Assembly: GCF_001194135.2 (NCBI RefSeq)
Contig: NC_068985.1
Coordinates: 86,914,508-86,978,507 of the forward strand
Origin: Octopus bimaculoides
Lineage: Eukaryota
Reading direction: 5' to 3'
DNA length: 64,000 bases
This document shows positions 25,851 to 39,435 of the stretch, piece by piece (the stretch's first letter is position 1; each line of letters opens with the position of its first letter). Below the pieces are notes generated by a model. That model worked only from the letters and a program-made list of their open reading frames with translations. It was not told the DNA's origin and made no database searches. Position numbers and translations under genes: made by a program.

Positions 25851-28355
25851 AGATGATAGCTATAGATTCACTTTCTAATTTTTAACTTAGTAAAATGGTT
25901 ATTGTTAGATTTCCTCATCAAAAATAATCTTCTCTGATCAAAAACTAAATTTCCAAAGAAAAGAGCCAGACTAGGGATACACACCAATCCTAAGGGTGTT
26001 GAGTTTTAACTAAATCTACAGGAATGAAAGAGGTAAAAGAGTGTAATAAAAAGCAAAATATAATTTCATTTCTTTGATGGAAGATAGTTTTTATTGTATG
26101 TCATCTCCAGGATTCTTCTGGGTTGTGATACTGTGTGTAATGTCAACAGCAATTTGAAAGAAGGAAGAATTGTTAGATACAGAGAACCCTTCAATCATTG
26201 GGCAATAAACTGTGCTTGCGAAGACCTGTTGAAGCAAGTGAAATCATTGCTGTGGTCGATAGCAGTACCACTCGATTGGCACCCATGCCGGTGGCACGTA
26301 AAAAGCACCATTTGAGCATGGCCAATGCCAGTACCACCTGACTGGCCCTCATGCTGGTGCCATGTAAAAAGTGCCCACTACATCATACCTAAATCTGGTC
26401 AGCTGAGAATAAGAGAATAGAAGAACACAAGCTGATATAAAAGTGTTCCCTCTCTGAGATTGCAAGAATCTAGTCTGAAATGCTACCTGCAGCAATATTT
26501 TCTGCAACTGATGAAATGGACACAAAAACCAGGTTTTGTCCTCCAAGAAGAGATGAATGACAAACTGTCAAATTACTGGCTCATCTTTGATTGATAATTT
26601 TTTTTAAGCAATACTACTGGAAATGTCCAATGCCCTTGGTCTCAAATCATTTACCTACTCAGTCTGATAGAAATTGCTTTTCTCCAAGAATGAGACCCAC
26701 AAAGTGAAATTGCTCTTTGAGTACATCTCCCTCACCATTCTTTCTATCAACCATTCTTCATTTTGTTTGCAGGCTCTTTGAAACATTGGCATAACTCGCT
26801 CTAATATATTCCAACACTGTCATTTAGTATTTCAATATATTCCCATTTTACATGTTTATGAAGTCTTTAATCAAAGCAAAATATTTCAAATAATTTTGTA
26901 TTATTTTTAAATTTCATTTTTTCAAATTTATTTTTGGTGAATTCTTGAAAACTGACACTTTTGAAACACTTGCTACTTCAAGAAGTACAACAAATATTGA
27001 ATCTGACATATTTGGTGTGAAAGAGAGAAATTAAATGCTTATTAATATTCCATTTTATTCTTTTACATTTGAGTTCAAATCAGACCAAATCAGTTCAATT
27101 CAGACCAGGTTTAAGTTGCACAGATCAGTAGCATAAATATCTGTCTGGTGCTGAAGATGATTAAATCCCCTAATTTTCCCACCAAATTTGTGATTTAATG
27201 CTAGTGTTAGTCAATAGTTTTACTTTAGACGTAATGTGTTCTCGATAAAACTGATCGTGTCTTTGAATGTATTAAATTTTTTTCTTAATTTTTCTTCAGA
27301 ATTATTAAGCCTACATATTTAATCCATTCTTTATTTTATTTTAATTCTCACAACTAGCCATAACTCGGGCCTTAATTCCATGGACGATTGCCATCGAAGT
27401 TCATTGAAATATTGGAAACTTTCTGCTTTTGTTGAGACAAATGTCAACAAAGAGAAGGTTTGAGAAGAACCAGACAGTCATTAAAAGACCATGTAACACA
27501 TCTGTTATCTGAATGGCAAGAAGTTTGAAAAGAAAGCAGTTGACTAATTCCTAGTACTTCTGGCTCTTCAGCATCTTCACAATTACAAGAGACGTGGGAG
27601 GACAGAATGATTGGCTGAGTGAATATGGTGTTGTCTTCATCTGAAGAACATTCAGCTTATATCTTGTCAACAGAATTATGAAGTGGCATGTTTAACACAA
27701 TGAAAGATTTCTGTACTTTAAATCTGTTACATTATTAATATATAAGATATATATTTAGTAGCATACCCATGTCATCAAAAAAAAAAGCCAATAGTTTTAT
27801 TAATGATAGGAAATGGTGCATCAACACATTTGGAGAAACCATTGCTAAATGTCAACAATCAAATAAATATATGTACATCTTACTATAACAGGAGTTATAT
27901 CAGTTTGTCAGTCCGTCTGTCTGTCTGTTCCCTCCTCACGGTCAAATGGCTGGACCAATGGTCACGATGTTTTTCAGGATTACAAAGGAGGTAATCAGGA
28001 GGGGTTTTAGTGAAAAAATAAGTATGATTATTTAGTGGATATTGACTTTTGTATTAATAAATCACCTTTGATTTTCTTTGTTAAAATTCTGGCAACGAGG
28101 ATTAACGCTGGATTGTGCCTCCCCCCGTTTTGGAAATGTGAAGATTATCTCTCTGCCAATAATTCTTATTATAGATGGCTTTTGCTTTCCGAATAGTGAA
28201 ACAATTAATTAATTTATTAATGAATATTAATCCTGTTAGGTAGTGGATAACATTACTGTTTGTTAATCCTTTTGATAATCCCTCTGCTACAAATATTTAA
28301 TGAAATGCCAAAGTTAGAAGCAAATTTCATTCATAACACTGTATGATTCAAGTTA

Positions 28356-29666
28356 TATGAGGCTTGGCTGAAAAGTTCTTAGGCTGACTAAGATACTCTC
28401 ATGGAATGGGATTAAATGATGAGTATTTATCAACACAGCCCACTCCCCTTGCTGTCCACACACTTCTTCTATCTGTATTGCAGTTCTTGGATCCCATTGC
28501 TGAAGAAGCTTTCATCCTGTTGATAAAGAAAGTCATCCACAGCAGATATGATGTCATTTCACTGCGATACTGGTTTGCAGCCATGTGCTTTGTCATATTA
28601 GAGAAAGATGATAGTCAGATGGGGCCAAATCAGGAGAATAGGGAGAGTGGTCAACCAGTACAAAGCCATAGTCATGCACAGCAGCTGTTGAAAGTAAGGA
28701 CTTGTGTGTTGGAGCATTGGTCTGATGAAACAAGACTCCTTTCGTCAGTTTTTCAGGGTGTTTGGTCTTGATAACCTTTCGTAACTGCTTTGGTAAGTTG
28801 GTACAATGCTCTCCATTGATGGTGTGGTCCTTTTGAAGATAGTCAATAAGCACAATGCCCTTTGCATTCCAAAACACTGAGGCCATCACTTTCCCTGCAG
28901 ATGAAAAGATGACTGTGGCCTTCTTTGGAGTTGGTGAGGAGGGGTGTTACCCCTTCATAGATTGTCTCTTTGTCTCTGGCTCAAAGTTATGTAGCCAACG
29001 CCCATTCTGGTTCAGTAAACATTTGAGGAAACCAGTTGGACCTGCTTCAAGCAATGTCAGATTTTCCCATGATGTGATCAGACTGGTGTGCTTTTGATCA
29101 GGGGGTGGAAGATGCAGCATCTATTGAACAGAAAACCTTCATTGTGCCAAGTTCATTGTGCAAAATATTCTGAACTCTCCCATAGGATATGATAACAGCT
29201 TTGGCTATTTGATTTACAGTGAATTGCCTCTCGTCCACAACCATGTGGTGAACATGATCAATGTTTTCCTCGGTGGTGGCAGTTGTAGGACTTCCAGAGT
29301 TTGGGTCATCTTCAAGACTCTCCCTTCCCCTCCTAAATTCAGCTGCCCACTTTTGCACTGTTGATAAAGCTGGAATACGATCCACTAATGTAGCAACCAT
29401 GTCAGTATGTATGTTCTTGGGTGGGGCTAAACCTTCCTTCTGCGGGTACTTGATACCATCACAATGTCAGATTTTGTTCCTTTTGAAGAGAAGTTGTTAC
29501 CAATTAGTTTTGAAGTCTTCTTTGAATGGTCAGATATCAGTTTACATATCTGGAAAGAAACGATGCAGTTACAAATAAGAAGAGTTGAAATTATTGCAAG
29601 CAATATTTCACAGCTCCAGCATCACTCTTTTATAGTCAGCCTGTAAATGTTTCAGCCTATCTTGTA
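28356..29666 (-). mobile_element. Full-length (1311 bp) non-functional mariner DNA transposon
   Basis: Imperfect TIRs TATGAGGCTTGGCTGAAAAGTTCTTAGGCTGACTA and (reverse complement) TACAAGATAGGCTGAAACATTTACAGGCTGACTA, with TA ends and transposase remnants between them. Confidence 0.95.
28400..29480 (-). pseudogene. Mariner (DD34D-type) transposase pseudogene
   Basis: LSTVQKWAAEFRRGRESLEDDP; NQNGRWLHNFEPETKRQSM (first D->N); KVMASVFW; FHQTNAP (second D->T); YSPDLAPSDY. Stops, frameshifts and a lost start codon. Confidence 0.92.
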
Positions 29667-31019
29667 ATTAAGATTAAACACCTTTAATCAACCAGGCCAT
29701 CAGATCCTGTCATACACCACTGGTCACAGTGCACTTCCAATTCTGTCTTGGTCGCACCATTCTTGACCCAATCATCTTCCCATCTTCATGGAGGCCTTCT
29801 AAGTGACCTTTTTCCATTTCTTGGAGATCACTTGACAACTGCATGAGTCTCCCTGTTGTCTGTGAACCTGTGACATGTCTGGGCCAACAGGGCTTGTACT
29901 TTCAGTATTCTACAAATCACATCGTTCATCCAGCTTTGTCCTCCAATGATCTCATTTCATATACAGTTCCTGATTTTGACATAACGTCAGCAATTTCTTT
30001 TGTGGGGAAGAGTAAGTCAGTGCCATAGTCCCCAGTATCTGAATGGTACTTTACTCTTATTGACCTCAGAGAGACGAAAAGCAATGCTGAATTCAGTGTG
30101 ATTTAAACACAGAGCACAAATACCATGAGACATTCTCTCTAATGCTTTGATGGCTCTGTTAATTAAATATTTAAGACCAAGTCTATAGTAGAAGACACTT
30201 AGTCAGCGTGTAGTGAAGTGTAGTAGGATTGAACCAGGAACCATGAAGCTATGAATCAAACTCCTTCAACACACAATCATGGCTGTTATAATTATATTTA
30301 TTTTAATCTTTATCATACATTTAAATATAATATTTATAAACGTAAACTAAGGAATAAAGTAAAATTAATACTAGCACGAACATATGGTTAAGAGAGACAC
30401 TTCCTGAGTCGATCCTTCTGCAAAGCATCGAGAGTGTCTTCCCCCCATAGCCTCAGGTTGACCACTATATATTCCGAATAAAATCTAGCCAGCTTCATGG
30501 CATGATACTTAAAACAAAAAAGAAGACAGAAAGAAAGAAAGAAGGAAATTCAGAAAATAAATTCATTGCTAAAGTAATAGCTGTAAGCATCTCTTAAAAT
30601 TCTAATTTAGTTTGAATTGAAATCAATAAATAGTTGAAGGTAGAAAAGTAATAAATATTTAAAGTTTTAAGACATTTAGACAGCATTTGTTGAGGATTCT
30701 TAGACTAAGAGGCAGAATAACGTATTTACTAGAACTGCTAAGAGTTGATTTTATCTTCCAGAACTGTGGTGAGATGTCTATGATAACTTTCCACATTTAA
30801 TATCTTGATAATAATGGTATTAAGTGATGATGTTTTGGAGTAATGCTAACAGAGTTCTAATCATATCTTCTATAGGCAAATAACTTAGAAACCGAATGAG
30901 ATACGACAGAAAATATAAAATTTAAGTGAAGTCAAAATTCTTTCAAAATCAAGTTAATGATTGATTTCATCATTTGAGTAAAAAAACATTATTCTAAATT
31001 CTTTAACCATGCAATTCAT

Positions 31020-31330
31020 CATTATCATCATTGTCATTATCATCGTTGTTGTCATTGTCGTCATTGTCATCGTCGTCAACATCCATTTTCCATGCTGGCA
31101 TGGGTTGGATGGTTTGACAGTAGCTGGCCAGCTGCAGTACTGCACCAGGCTCTAATTGTCTACCTTGGCATGGTTTCTATGGTCACATGCTCTTCCTAAT
31201 ACCAACCATTTTACAGAGGGTACTGAGTGCGTTTTAGGTGGCACCATCATGGGTGTTTTCAATGTGGAACCAGAATGGAGGCTTTCTGCATGGCACCAAC
31301 ATGGGTTCTTTCCATGTGGCACCTTAAGGA
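31020..31330 (-). mobile_element. Family A copy with degenerate triplet tail
   Basis: aacatccattttccatgctggcatgggttggatggtttgac. Confidence 0.75.
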
Positions 31331-31494
31331 AACAATCATATCATTAATAGGGAACTGGTGGAATTTTTCACAAAGTGCTGCTTTATTTTGAGAAGAATAT
31401 TGTGATTCTGATAAATGAGTTTTTGAAGTCTAAAGTAAGTTTCTTTCTTTGGAAAATTCTTTATTTCATTAAAAACCTAAGGTTAGCAAAATCT

Positions 31495-31710
31495 ACTACC
31501 TGCTGGACATCAGAGGGGGGTAATAAGCAGAAGGCAATCAAGTGGGCCATCAGGGCAGCAGAAATTCCTCTGAAGTGGCTAGGGATCAGTGGGTATGGTC
31601 CCTAGATTGGGAAGATAAATTTGGGCCTGATCAAGGGTGAGGATGTCTGATAGTTGAAGAATCAAAAACAAGAGGAAACTCCACTTGAGATGAAACCACT
31701 GATGATGCCT
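31495..31710 (+). mobile_element. Possible HERO-like (RLE non-LTR) retrotransposon 3' end
   Basis: KQKAIKWAIRAAEIPLKWL followed by gggcctgatca...ggtgaggatgtctgat.gttgaa...cactgatgatg resembles, from memory, HERO-clade C-terminus and 3' UTR. Confidence 0.42.
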
Positions 31711-32634
31711 TCATTTTCATAACAAGATGATGTAGAGAAAAAAAGCCAGATAAAACGATGTATGGAGAGGGAGAAAGAGAGAGAGAGTGGGAGAGGAGAG
31801 AGCATTTTAAGTTAAAGAAAGTAATTTTTGTTCCCAGTATTATTTCCAAAGAAAAAGTTTGAAATGAATCCACGAAATTTTCCTCTAAATAAAAAATAAA
31901 CTTAAATTTAAGTTTGTTAATTATCAGTAGAAGTAACCTGCATCAGTTTGTCAATTGAATCATTAAAAAAAAAAAAAAATCCAAAGAATTCATATGTGCA
32001 ATAGAGGCAAAAAAAAAAAAGAAAACACAATGTTTTAAGCATATGATAACAGAATGAGTAAATGCTTGTTATTAATGAATCTATTTTAGTTAGATTATCT
32101 CCATGCCAAGAGATATTGCAGCCTAACTGCTGTTTAAGTATCACGATTTTACTGCAGCTCCTTACACAATGTATTGAATTCCCATTACCATCATTTATTT
32201 GCATCGGAATATTCTTTCCTTCTTTTTTTTTTTGTTCTTCTTCTTTTAAAACTATGCAGCATCTTGAACAAGGTTTGTACACTAACTGCTTCACTAAACT
32301 ATTCTTTGCAACCTTGGCGTAAGCACGTTACTGTCACAATCCTGATAAATGGAAGTTATTGTGACAGTGTGAACTCATTCAAGCATTTCTTTCGTTTCCA
32401 GTGATTATCTAGGAAATGTTATTGCTCTGTTATATAGTACCTAAGTAGAGTTATTATTATTATTATTATTATTATTGTTGTTGTTGTTGTTGATGTTGTT
32501 CTTGCCATCATCATTGTTGTCCCTGTTGTTGTTATTACATCAGCAGCATCATCATCGTCATAATCGTCATCATCATCATGATTGCTTTTGTACGTTGATA
32601 TTTCAAATATGTAGTCTCTCTCTTAGAAAATATT

Positions 32635-32785
32635 ATGCACCACAATTCCAACCTGATAACGCCAGGGTTGTTAAATGTGATGCAGTTTTCTTTATTGATT
32701 TTGGCTGTTTTTACTTCGAAGTTCGCTTCGGAAACGATATTTTCTCTCCCTGTGACAAAAAGGAAACTGATAAGACAGTTTTTCC
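32635..32785 (+). CDS. Candidate signal-peptide exon (alternative plus-strand model)
   Basis: Acceptor ctctctcttag| at 32626, ATG at 32635, MHHNSNLITPGLLNVMQFSLLILAVFTSKFASETIFSLPVTKRKLIRQFF, donor C|gtaatt (phase 1). Locally CpG-rich. Confidence 0.27.
32653..32749 (-). CDS. Candidate internal exon (97 bp, phase 1->2)
   Basis: Acceptor gtttcctttttgtcacag|, donor TCAG|gttgga. Single open frame RENIVSEANFEVKTAKINKENCITFNNPGVI. Confidence 0.33.
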
Positions 32786-33368
32786 GTAATTAATACCACA
32801 TCTACTTTGGAATTTATGCCGTCTGCCTTCAGCAGTGTTTTCTATCTATATTTTTCCCCCTGCTGCACCAATTTGCGACAAAATGCATAATCTTTGCTGT
32901 TCACAAGAAGAAATAAAAAAACTCAAGCTCTTGAAAATCTCATTGAAGGATAAATTACATTCAAAGTTATCACATGTTTAATTTACTATTCAGGTTAAAG
33001 AACTAAAAAAAATTCAAAAGAGCAGCAAAAAAAATGTTCATGAGTAATTTCTCATTTGTGATTTTTACGCATTTCAAAATGAAGTCTATGCTTGACAAAC
33101 CATTGATTTTGTCGATTGTTCAGAAGTCTGGCCTGAAGACAGTTCACACATACACCGAAGAAAATGCATTTGATATATGTGTGTGTGTATGTGTGTGTGT
33201 GTGTGTTTTTTTTTTCCTTATATTCATTAGCTCTACACTTTGGAAACAATTCTGACTTTTGTTTCAGCTTCACTGTTTAAAAACATTCACACTTATGATT
33301 TAAATGTGAAATTCGTGAAGACGTCATGTTGAAATTCTTTTACTGGCTGTAAAAATAATCACACACAT

Positions 33369-33417
<49 letters not shown>

Positions 33418-33814
33418 AAAGGAAAAGGAAACGGATAAAAAAGATACAATGATATATCTCAACTGAATGCTTGTTTTCAACAACAGCAATTATTTTTTTC
33501 TGTTTTTATTCTTAGAATCAGATTTGTTAACTGAGAATTAAAATTTTTCTTTCACACAAATGTGCTCAAAGTGGATAAATCAAATATTAAGAGTTAAATA
33601 AATCCTAACAATTGTTATGTCATTTGTTGTCAATTATTAAAATTCCTCTCCAGTCACTTCATATAAAACAGCAGAAATGTTCTCATCAAAACATTCTCTA
33701 ATTTGCCAGGATTATTTCACAATGTCGCTGCAACATTTCATAAACAATTTTTTGCACTCTTATTAATGGAAGGGTGATAAATAGTAGACAGACGATTGGT
33801 GGTGGATAAGAGCT

Positions 33815-34190
33815 AGGGGTGGCCGTGTGGTAAGAAGCTTGCTTCCCTACCGCAGGGTTCCAGGTTCAGTCATACTGCATAGCACCTTAGGCAAGTGTCA
33901 TCTTTTATAGCCTCCGGCTGATCAAAGCCTTGTGAGGGTATGTGGTAGAGGGAAACTGAAAGAAGCCTATCATGTGTGTGTATGTGTCTGTGTTTATCAC
34001 CTCCACCACCACTTAACAACTGGTGTTGGCATGGTTACATCTTTGTAACTTTGTAGTTCAGCAAATGTGACTGATAAAATAAGTACTAAGCTTTATAAAA
34101 TGTACTGAGGATGGTTCATTGAACTAAAAGTTCTTCAAGGTAGTGCCCCAGCATGGCCACAGTCTAATGACTGAGACAAGTAAAAGACAG
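33815..34190 (+). mobile_element. SINE family B, full length
   Basis: Head ggccgtgtggtaagaagcttgcttccc, internal (TG)n, tail cagcatggccacagtctaatgactgagacaagtaaaag. Confidence 0.85.
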
Positions 34191-35862
34191 AAAACTGTCT
34201 TGATTTTTAGTTTGAAATTCCAGATGGAAGAGAGTAAATGCCAAGAATGAATGTTGATTAATGTCTTGGAGCACCTTGAGCTCTTTAGGTGCTGCTGGTT
34301 TTCAACCTGATTTTCATATGGAATGACGTCCTTGTACCCTGCATATACTTGATGTGCAAACTATCATGTTTGCTGTCATTCTCTATAAAATGCTTTGTAT
34401 GAGTGAGGTTCCTGTTGCCAATAAAATAATTTTTGCTCTTATTTGAGTGAACTGGATGACAAAATTGACATCGCTGTTTTGATAATACTTTACCTTGTTT
34501 TGTTATGTATGTTTTGGAATTTAAATTCCTCTGCAGTTAACTTTGTTTGTCATCCTTTTGAAACTGAAGAAATTAACTCTCGTTGCTCTTAAAATGTGTG
34601 CTTTCTGTGTCTCTATAAAAAATTATTCTTATTTGCTTTGTAGAAAGAGATTAATGGATCAAACACCACAGAAACAATCCTTTTGCATGGCATTTACGTT
34701 TCTTTGTTCCTTGCATGAAAATCCCACTAAATTTTCTGTTTCAACCTCACAAAATCAACTTTGAAGAAATCAAACAAATTTTCAGTCAATGTTGAAAATG
34801 CAATCTTCCAGTAATAAAAAGAAATTATCATTGGGCCTAGAGGAGTTCTAGAAATCTTTTGAGATCTGATTTTCCTAATCAATTCTACAAAAATTGGTAA
34901 AATGTCTGTGGTGGGAACAGCAGGAAATACAATAAAGGAAGATATAAATTCTGTTTTGATCTTCAATTGAAATAATTTCGTTCACATTGCTGATGCCTTT
35001 TGAAAACGTATAAACACAACTGCAACTTGTTTGAACATCACTATTTCTTCCACTTAGTGAGATAAGCTCCAAGCCGACAAGTTCTTAGAATTTTGGTTTC
35101 AGTTTCCTGCGAAATAGAGTTAATTTTACTTAGTGAAGTTTCAAAAAAAAAATATTGAAAAAGGCTCCATGAGACTCAGTTTTATAAATCTTTGATTTTA
35201 GTAATAAATCTTGGAATTGCAAATCTTGCTTGAAATAATGGCACGATGAAATTGGCTGAGATTGATTTTGATGCCTGTGTTACTTGGAAGAACAAACAGC
35301 TGTAAGGAAATCTTGATTGACTGAGAACTGAATGGGTGAATTCTCCTATCCTTTCACCACCACTCTGATAGAGCAACACCAATGGATTATAAAACTTTCT
35401 GGCTCAATCAACATAATTGTAATTATATCGTTTAGCTTCCATATTTTACTTGTTTCATTCTGGGGCACTGCTTTGACAAATTCTTGGCCACCAGTACTTC
35501 TGTTTTTTTTAAAGCCTGATACTTATTCTGCTGGTCTTATTTTGTCGTACTGCTAGGTTATGGAGATATAAACATGCCAACCCAAGATCATGGGTTCAAT
35601 TGTGGGACCAGGTGGTGCATTGTGTTCCTGAACAAACCACTTCACTTCACATTGCTCCAGTTCACTCAGTTGTAAGGGGGTCCACCCTGATATGAATTAC
35701 CTTCTGTTCAGGGGCAATTCAAAGCACACTGTGACCAGTGGTGTATAACAACATCTGATAGTCTGGTCAATACTGTGATGACATAACATATGAAACAATT
35801 GGTAGCCAGATGAAAACCGACAGCTTTAGTCTTATATATAGAAACAAAATGCAAACACAACA

Positions 35863-35979
<117 letters not shown>

Positions 35980-36550
35980 CTATTACTCATGAGCAAACAT
36001 GAGTTGGTAGCATGTTCCATGTTTTTTCCTAATTGTTACAAGCAAACACAGACACACTCTCTCAGTCTTTTCAATGACGAACCAATGTATTGGAAATTGA
36101 AACTTGAATTCCAAATATTTACTGACCAAGTTCCAAATGCATACTGACCTTATTTCAAATCTAATTTCCTCAGTCATCTTAATCCACATTTACTTATTGG
36201 GATTGCATTCACAAAGAAGATCGATCTGCATTGAGTAAGACTGCAAAATTTCTTATATTTTTATTCCCTTTTCATGAATTTAAAATAAAATCAATGGAAG
36301 TGATATTGAACATATATTTCTACCAAATGTGGATCAAGAAACTCTTTTGGTTTGGTTCAAGGTAAAATTTCTAACATTAGTTAGGATTATATCAAACAAG
36401 ATGACCCCAGAATGATAGACTTCATTGATTGATTACTAAAGAATACAACAAAGTGATCCCTATTAGATCTGAAATGAAAACCCAGAAAAAATGAGTATAT
36501 ATGTTGGTATGTAGGTGCGTATATAAGTATAGATATATGTATATATATAT

Positions 36551-36559
36551 ATCTATATC

Positions 36560-36613
<54 letters not shown>

Positions 36614-36633
36614 ACTATCTATCTATCTATCAT

Positions 36634-36697
<64 letters not shown>
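36551..36697. repeat. (TATC)n tetranucleotide microsatellite
   Basis: Read directly. Confidence 0.95.
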
Positions 36698-36732
<35 letters not shown>

Positions 36733-37545
36733 TATTTCCACCCAAAACAGAGATGAGTAGCAACACTTCCATGTGATGTGTCAGGCTTGAACAATGGTGT
36801 AGAGATCTCTTCACATGAAACCCTTCTTGCTTTGTTATATATATGTATGTATATACAGCTGTGTGTGTATGATTTTTCTTTGAGCATTATCCAAGTTCTT
36901 CTTATGAGAGCTCAAACTGATCGCTAACAAAGTGACAAGATTTGTATGTACGTATGCATGTATGGATGGATTTCCGTAAGAAGTTGAAGGTATCCAATCA
37001 GTGTGCCAGGATTGTATTTTCTTTATTCATCCGAGGGAGAGATAAAAGTATGCCTTGGAAGAGGTTTCATCTCAGAACATAAATAACTATAACTAAATTC
37101 TGCAAGGTTTTTGGCTCAATGCTCAGATATGTCTTTTGATTGATAAGATGAAATGGTGAAACAAATAAAGATTTAAAGTGCATGATATTGATCACCAACG
37201 CCACCACCACCACCACGATTCCAACCATCACAATCACCCCTACCGCTTCTGCCTCATATGAAATAAACATATTGTTGCATTGATTGTTGGTGGTAATGGA
37301 ATCTAAGATAAGCCAAAAGAAAACTAATTCTTGAAAATATAAAATGTCGTGCTACGAAGCAATTATGAGTCCAAGAAGTATCACAATTAGTTCTTAAAAA
37401 AAACCCATTTTCTAATGAGGCAATTAGGAGTTCAACTAATGTCGTGATTAACACACCAAAATTAACAACACTTTAAAAAATAAACAAATAACATGAAAGT
37501 ATGTTCATCTTGTTTTATGGAAATAATTTTTGTTCGTTTTGGTAG

Positions 37546-37695
37546 ATAAAGATTTTACAGTAAATGTCAACAAAGCTCACCTGCTTGAAAATCGAAGATA
37601 TTTTGGTTTTCAAACATCAGAAATGTTTCACAAAAGTAGGGAGAACATGAGCGATGAAAAGAACATCTACATGGAAGATCAGGGGACTAGAAATG
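37546..37695 (+). CDS. Candidate exon (150 bp, phase 1->1), plus-strand model
   Basis: Acceptor tttgttcgttttggtag|, KDFTVNVNKAHLLENRRYFGFQTSEMFHKSRENMSDEKNIYMEDQGTRN, donor G|gtacct. Confidence 0.28.
37581..37666 (-). CDS. Candidate exon (86 bp, phase 2->1), minus-strand model
   Basis: Acceptor cctgatcttccatgtag|, strong donor GCAG|gtgagc. Single open frame CSFHRSCSPYFCETFLMFENQNIFDFQA. Confidence 0.3.
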
Positions 37696-37761
37696 GTACC
37701 TAAACTTCATTCAAATCACACACTACTGTCTTAAAAAAAAAACAGGCTTGTTTTTTATTGT

Positions 37762-38064
37762 TTACTTGTTTCAGTCATTAGACTGTGGCCATGCTAGGGC
37801 ACCACCTTGAAGAACTTTTTAGTCAAACAGATTGACACCAGTACTTATATTTTTTACTTTTTTTTTAACCTGGTGTTTATTCTATCAGTTTGTTTTGCTG
37901 ATCCGCTAAGTTACCAGAACATAAAAACACTAACACATGTTGTCAAGCAGTGGTGGGAGGACAAACACAGACACACACATAGATTTATATATGACGGGCG
38001 TCTTTCAGTTTCCGCCTGCTAAGCTAAGCACTGTAGTGGAGGACAAACACAGACACAAAGACAT

Positions 38065-38100
<36 letters not shown>

Positions 38101-38315
38101 ATGCTCACACATATATAATATGTATATTTACATACATGTGTGTATATATATTTATATATGACAGGCTTCTTTCAGTTTCCATCTACCATATCCACTCACA
38201 AGGCTTTGATCAGCCCAGGGCTAAAGGAAAATACACTTCTCTATGATGCCATGCTGTGGGGCTGAACCTGGAACTAAGTGGTTGGGAAGCAAATTTCTTA
38301 CCACACAGCTGTGCC
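37762..38315 (-). mobile_element. SINE family B with internal partial duplication
   Basis: Reverse-complement head and tail. ggaggacaaacacagacaca and tctttcagtttcc each occur twice. Confidence 0.8.
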
Positions 38316-38601
38316 TTTGCCTTTTGGTTATCAACTTATTTTTTTCTGTCATATCTGCTGGCCTTGTACCGAAATTAGGAACTATTATTATTATTATCAT
38401 TTTTAAGACTGGTGACGTGGCATTGTGAAAATGTTTTGTGGTATCTTTTCTGGCTTTTTAGATGCTGAGTTCAATTCCTTTTAGAGACCCTTATGTACCA
38501 TTTGAGTTACGAGGTCAATGTAATTGGTTCACTCACTCACATCAGAATTGCTACCCCTGTGCCTACATTTGTTATTGTTGTTGTTGTCATTGTCATCATC
38601 G

Positions 38602-38636
<35 letters not shown>

Positions 38637-38639
38637 ATT

Positions 38640-38860
38640 ACTGGAAGGATGGTGGGTTGGTAGACTAGTTAGAGTGCTGGAAAAATTCCTTGGGACATTT
38701 GTTCCTGCTCTTTAAATTTTGAGATCAAATCCCACCGAAGCCAACTTCACTTTTCTTCCTTTGAAGTTCCACAAACAGTGTACCAGTGACATACTGGGGT
38801 AGATTTAATTGGCTGCCCTTCTGTTCCATCGAATGTCCGACCTTGTGCTTACAAAAGATA
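38640..38860 (+). mobile_element. SINE family C (another copy at about 38400-38560)
   Basis: ggtgggttggtagactagttagagtgctgg...ttgagatcaaatcccaccgaagccaac...tactggggt. Confidence 0.7.
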
Positions 38861-38924
38861 TTTTCATTATTTCCAAAATTATTTTTCACATCAGTGAGCA
38901 GGCAGGGTCATGAGCATATCAGAG

Positions 38925-39205
38925 GTAAAATGCACATGACTTAGAGATAAGGGTTTCCAACTCACAAATGTAATGTCATGAGTTCGATTCCTAGCAGCAC
39001 ATTGCGTCCTTGAGCAAGACACTTTACTTCACTTTATTTTTACCAGTCCATTCAGCTGGCAAAAATGAGTTGCACCTGTAATTCAAAGGGGCCAGCCATG
39101 TCACATTCTATGTCATGCTGAGTCTCCATGAGAATGACATTAAGGGTTACACATGTCTGTGGAGTACTCAGCCACTTGCACATTAATTTCACGAGCAGGC
39201 TGTTC
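38925..39205 (+). mobile_element. tRNA-head SINE family E
   Basis: B-box-like gagttcgattcc; gtccttgagcaagacacttta; gtggagtactcagccacttgcac...gagcaggctgttcc. Confidence 0.75.
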
Positions 39206-39405
39206 CCTACCAGGGGCTGATGAAATAATAACACCAGCTACCTACTGGGGGTGGTTGATCAATATAATTCACTGTTCACCCGTGTCAATATGCAAAGGGC
39301 TAGCAGGGTACTGTAGAACTGAAACTTTAGCCAAAACGTAGGGGTCTCATGACAGATGAAGTGCTGCACTAATACACTCCCGTCACATAGATATTATTTA
39401 TTTGT

Positions 39406-39435
39406 ACTTTGATCTTAGCCAAAAGGCCAAGAAAC
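39406..39435 (-). pseudogene. U2 snRNA 5' fragment (about nt 4-33), truncated retrocopy
   Basis: GTTTCTTGGCCTTTTGGCTAAGATCAAAGT versus U2 GCTTCTCGGCCTTTTGGCTAAGATCAAAGT (2 C->T changes). Followed by A-rich ACAAATAAATAAT instead of the rest of U2. Confidence 0.72.

Noticed and set aside
34727-35382. Cluster of 65-79 aa minus-strand ORFs
   Set aside because: Different frames, no motif, and candidate acceptors lead to early stops.
38925-39010. tRNA gene suggested by B-box gagttcgattcc (also the heads of SINE families B and C, and 62606-62617)
   Set aside because: No complete cloverleaf, and the SINE heads run into repeated SINE bodies.
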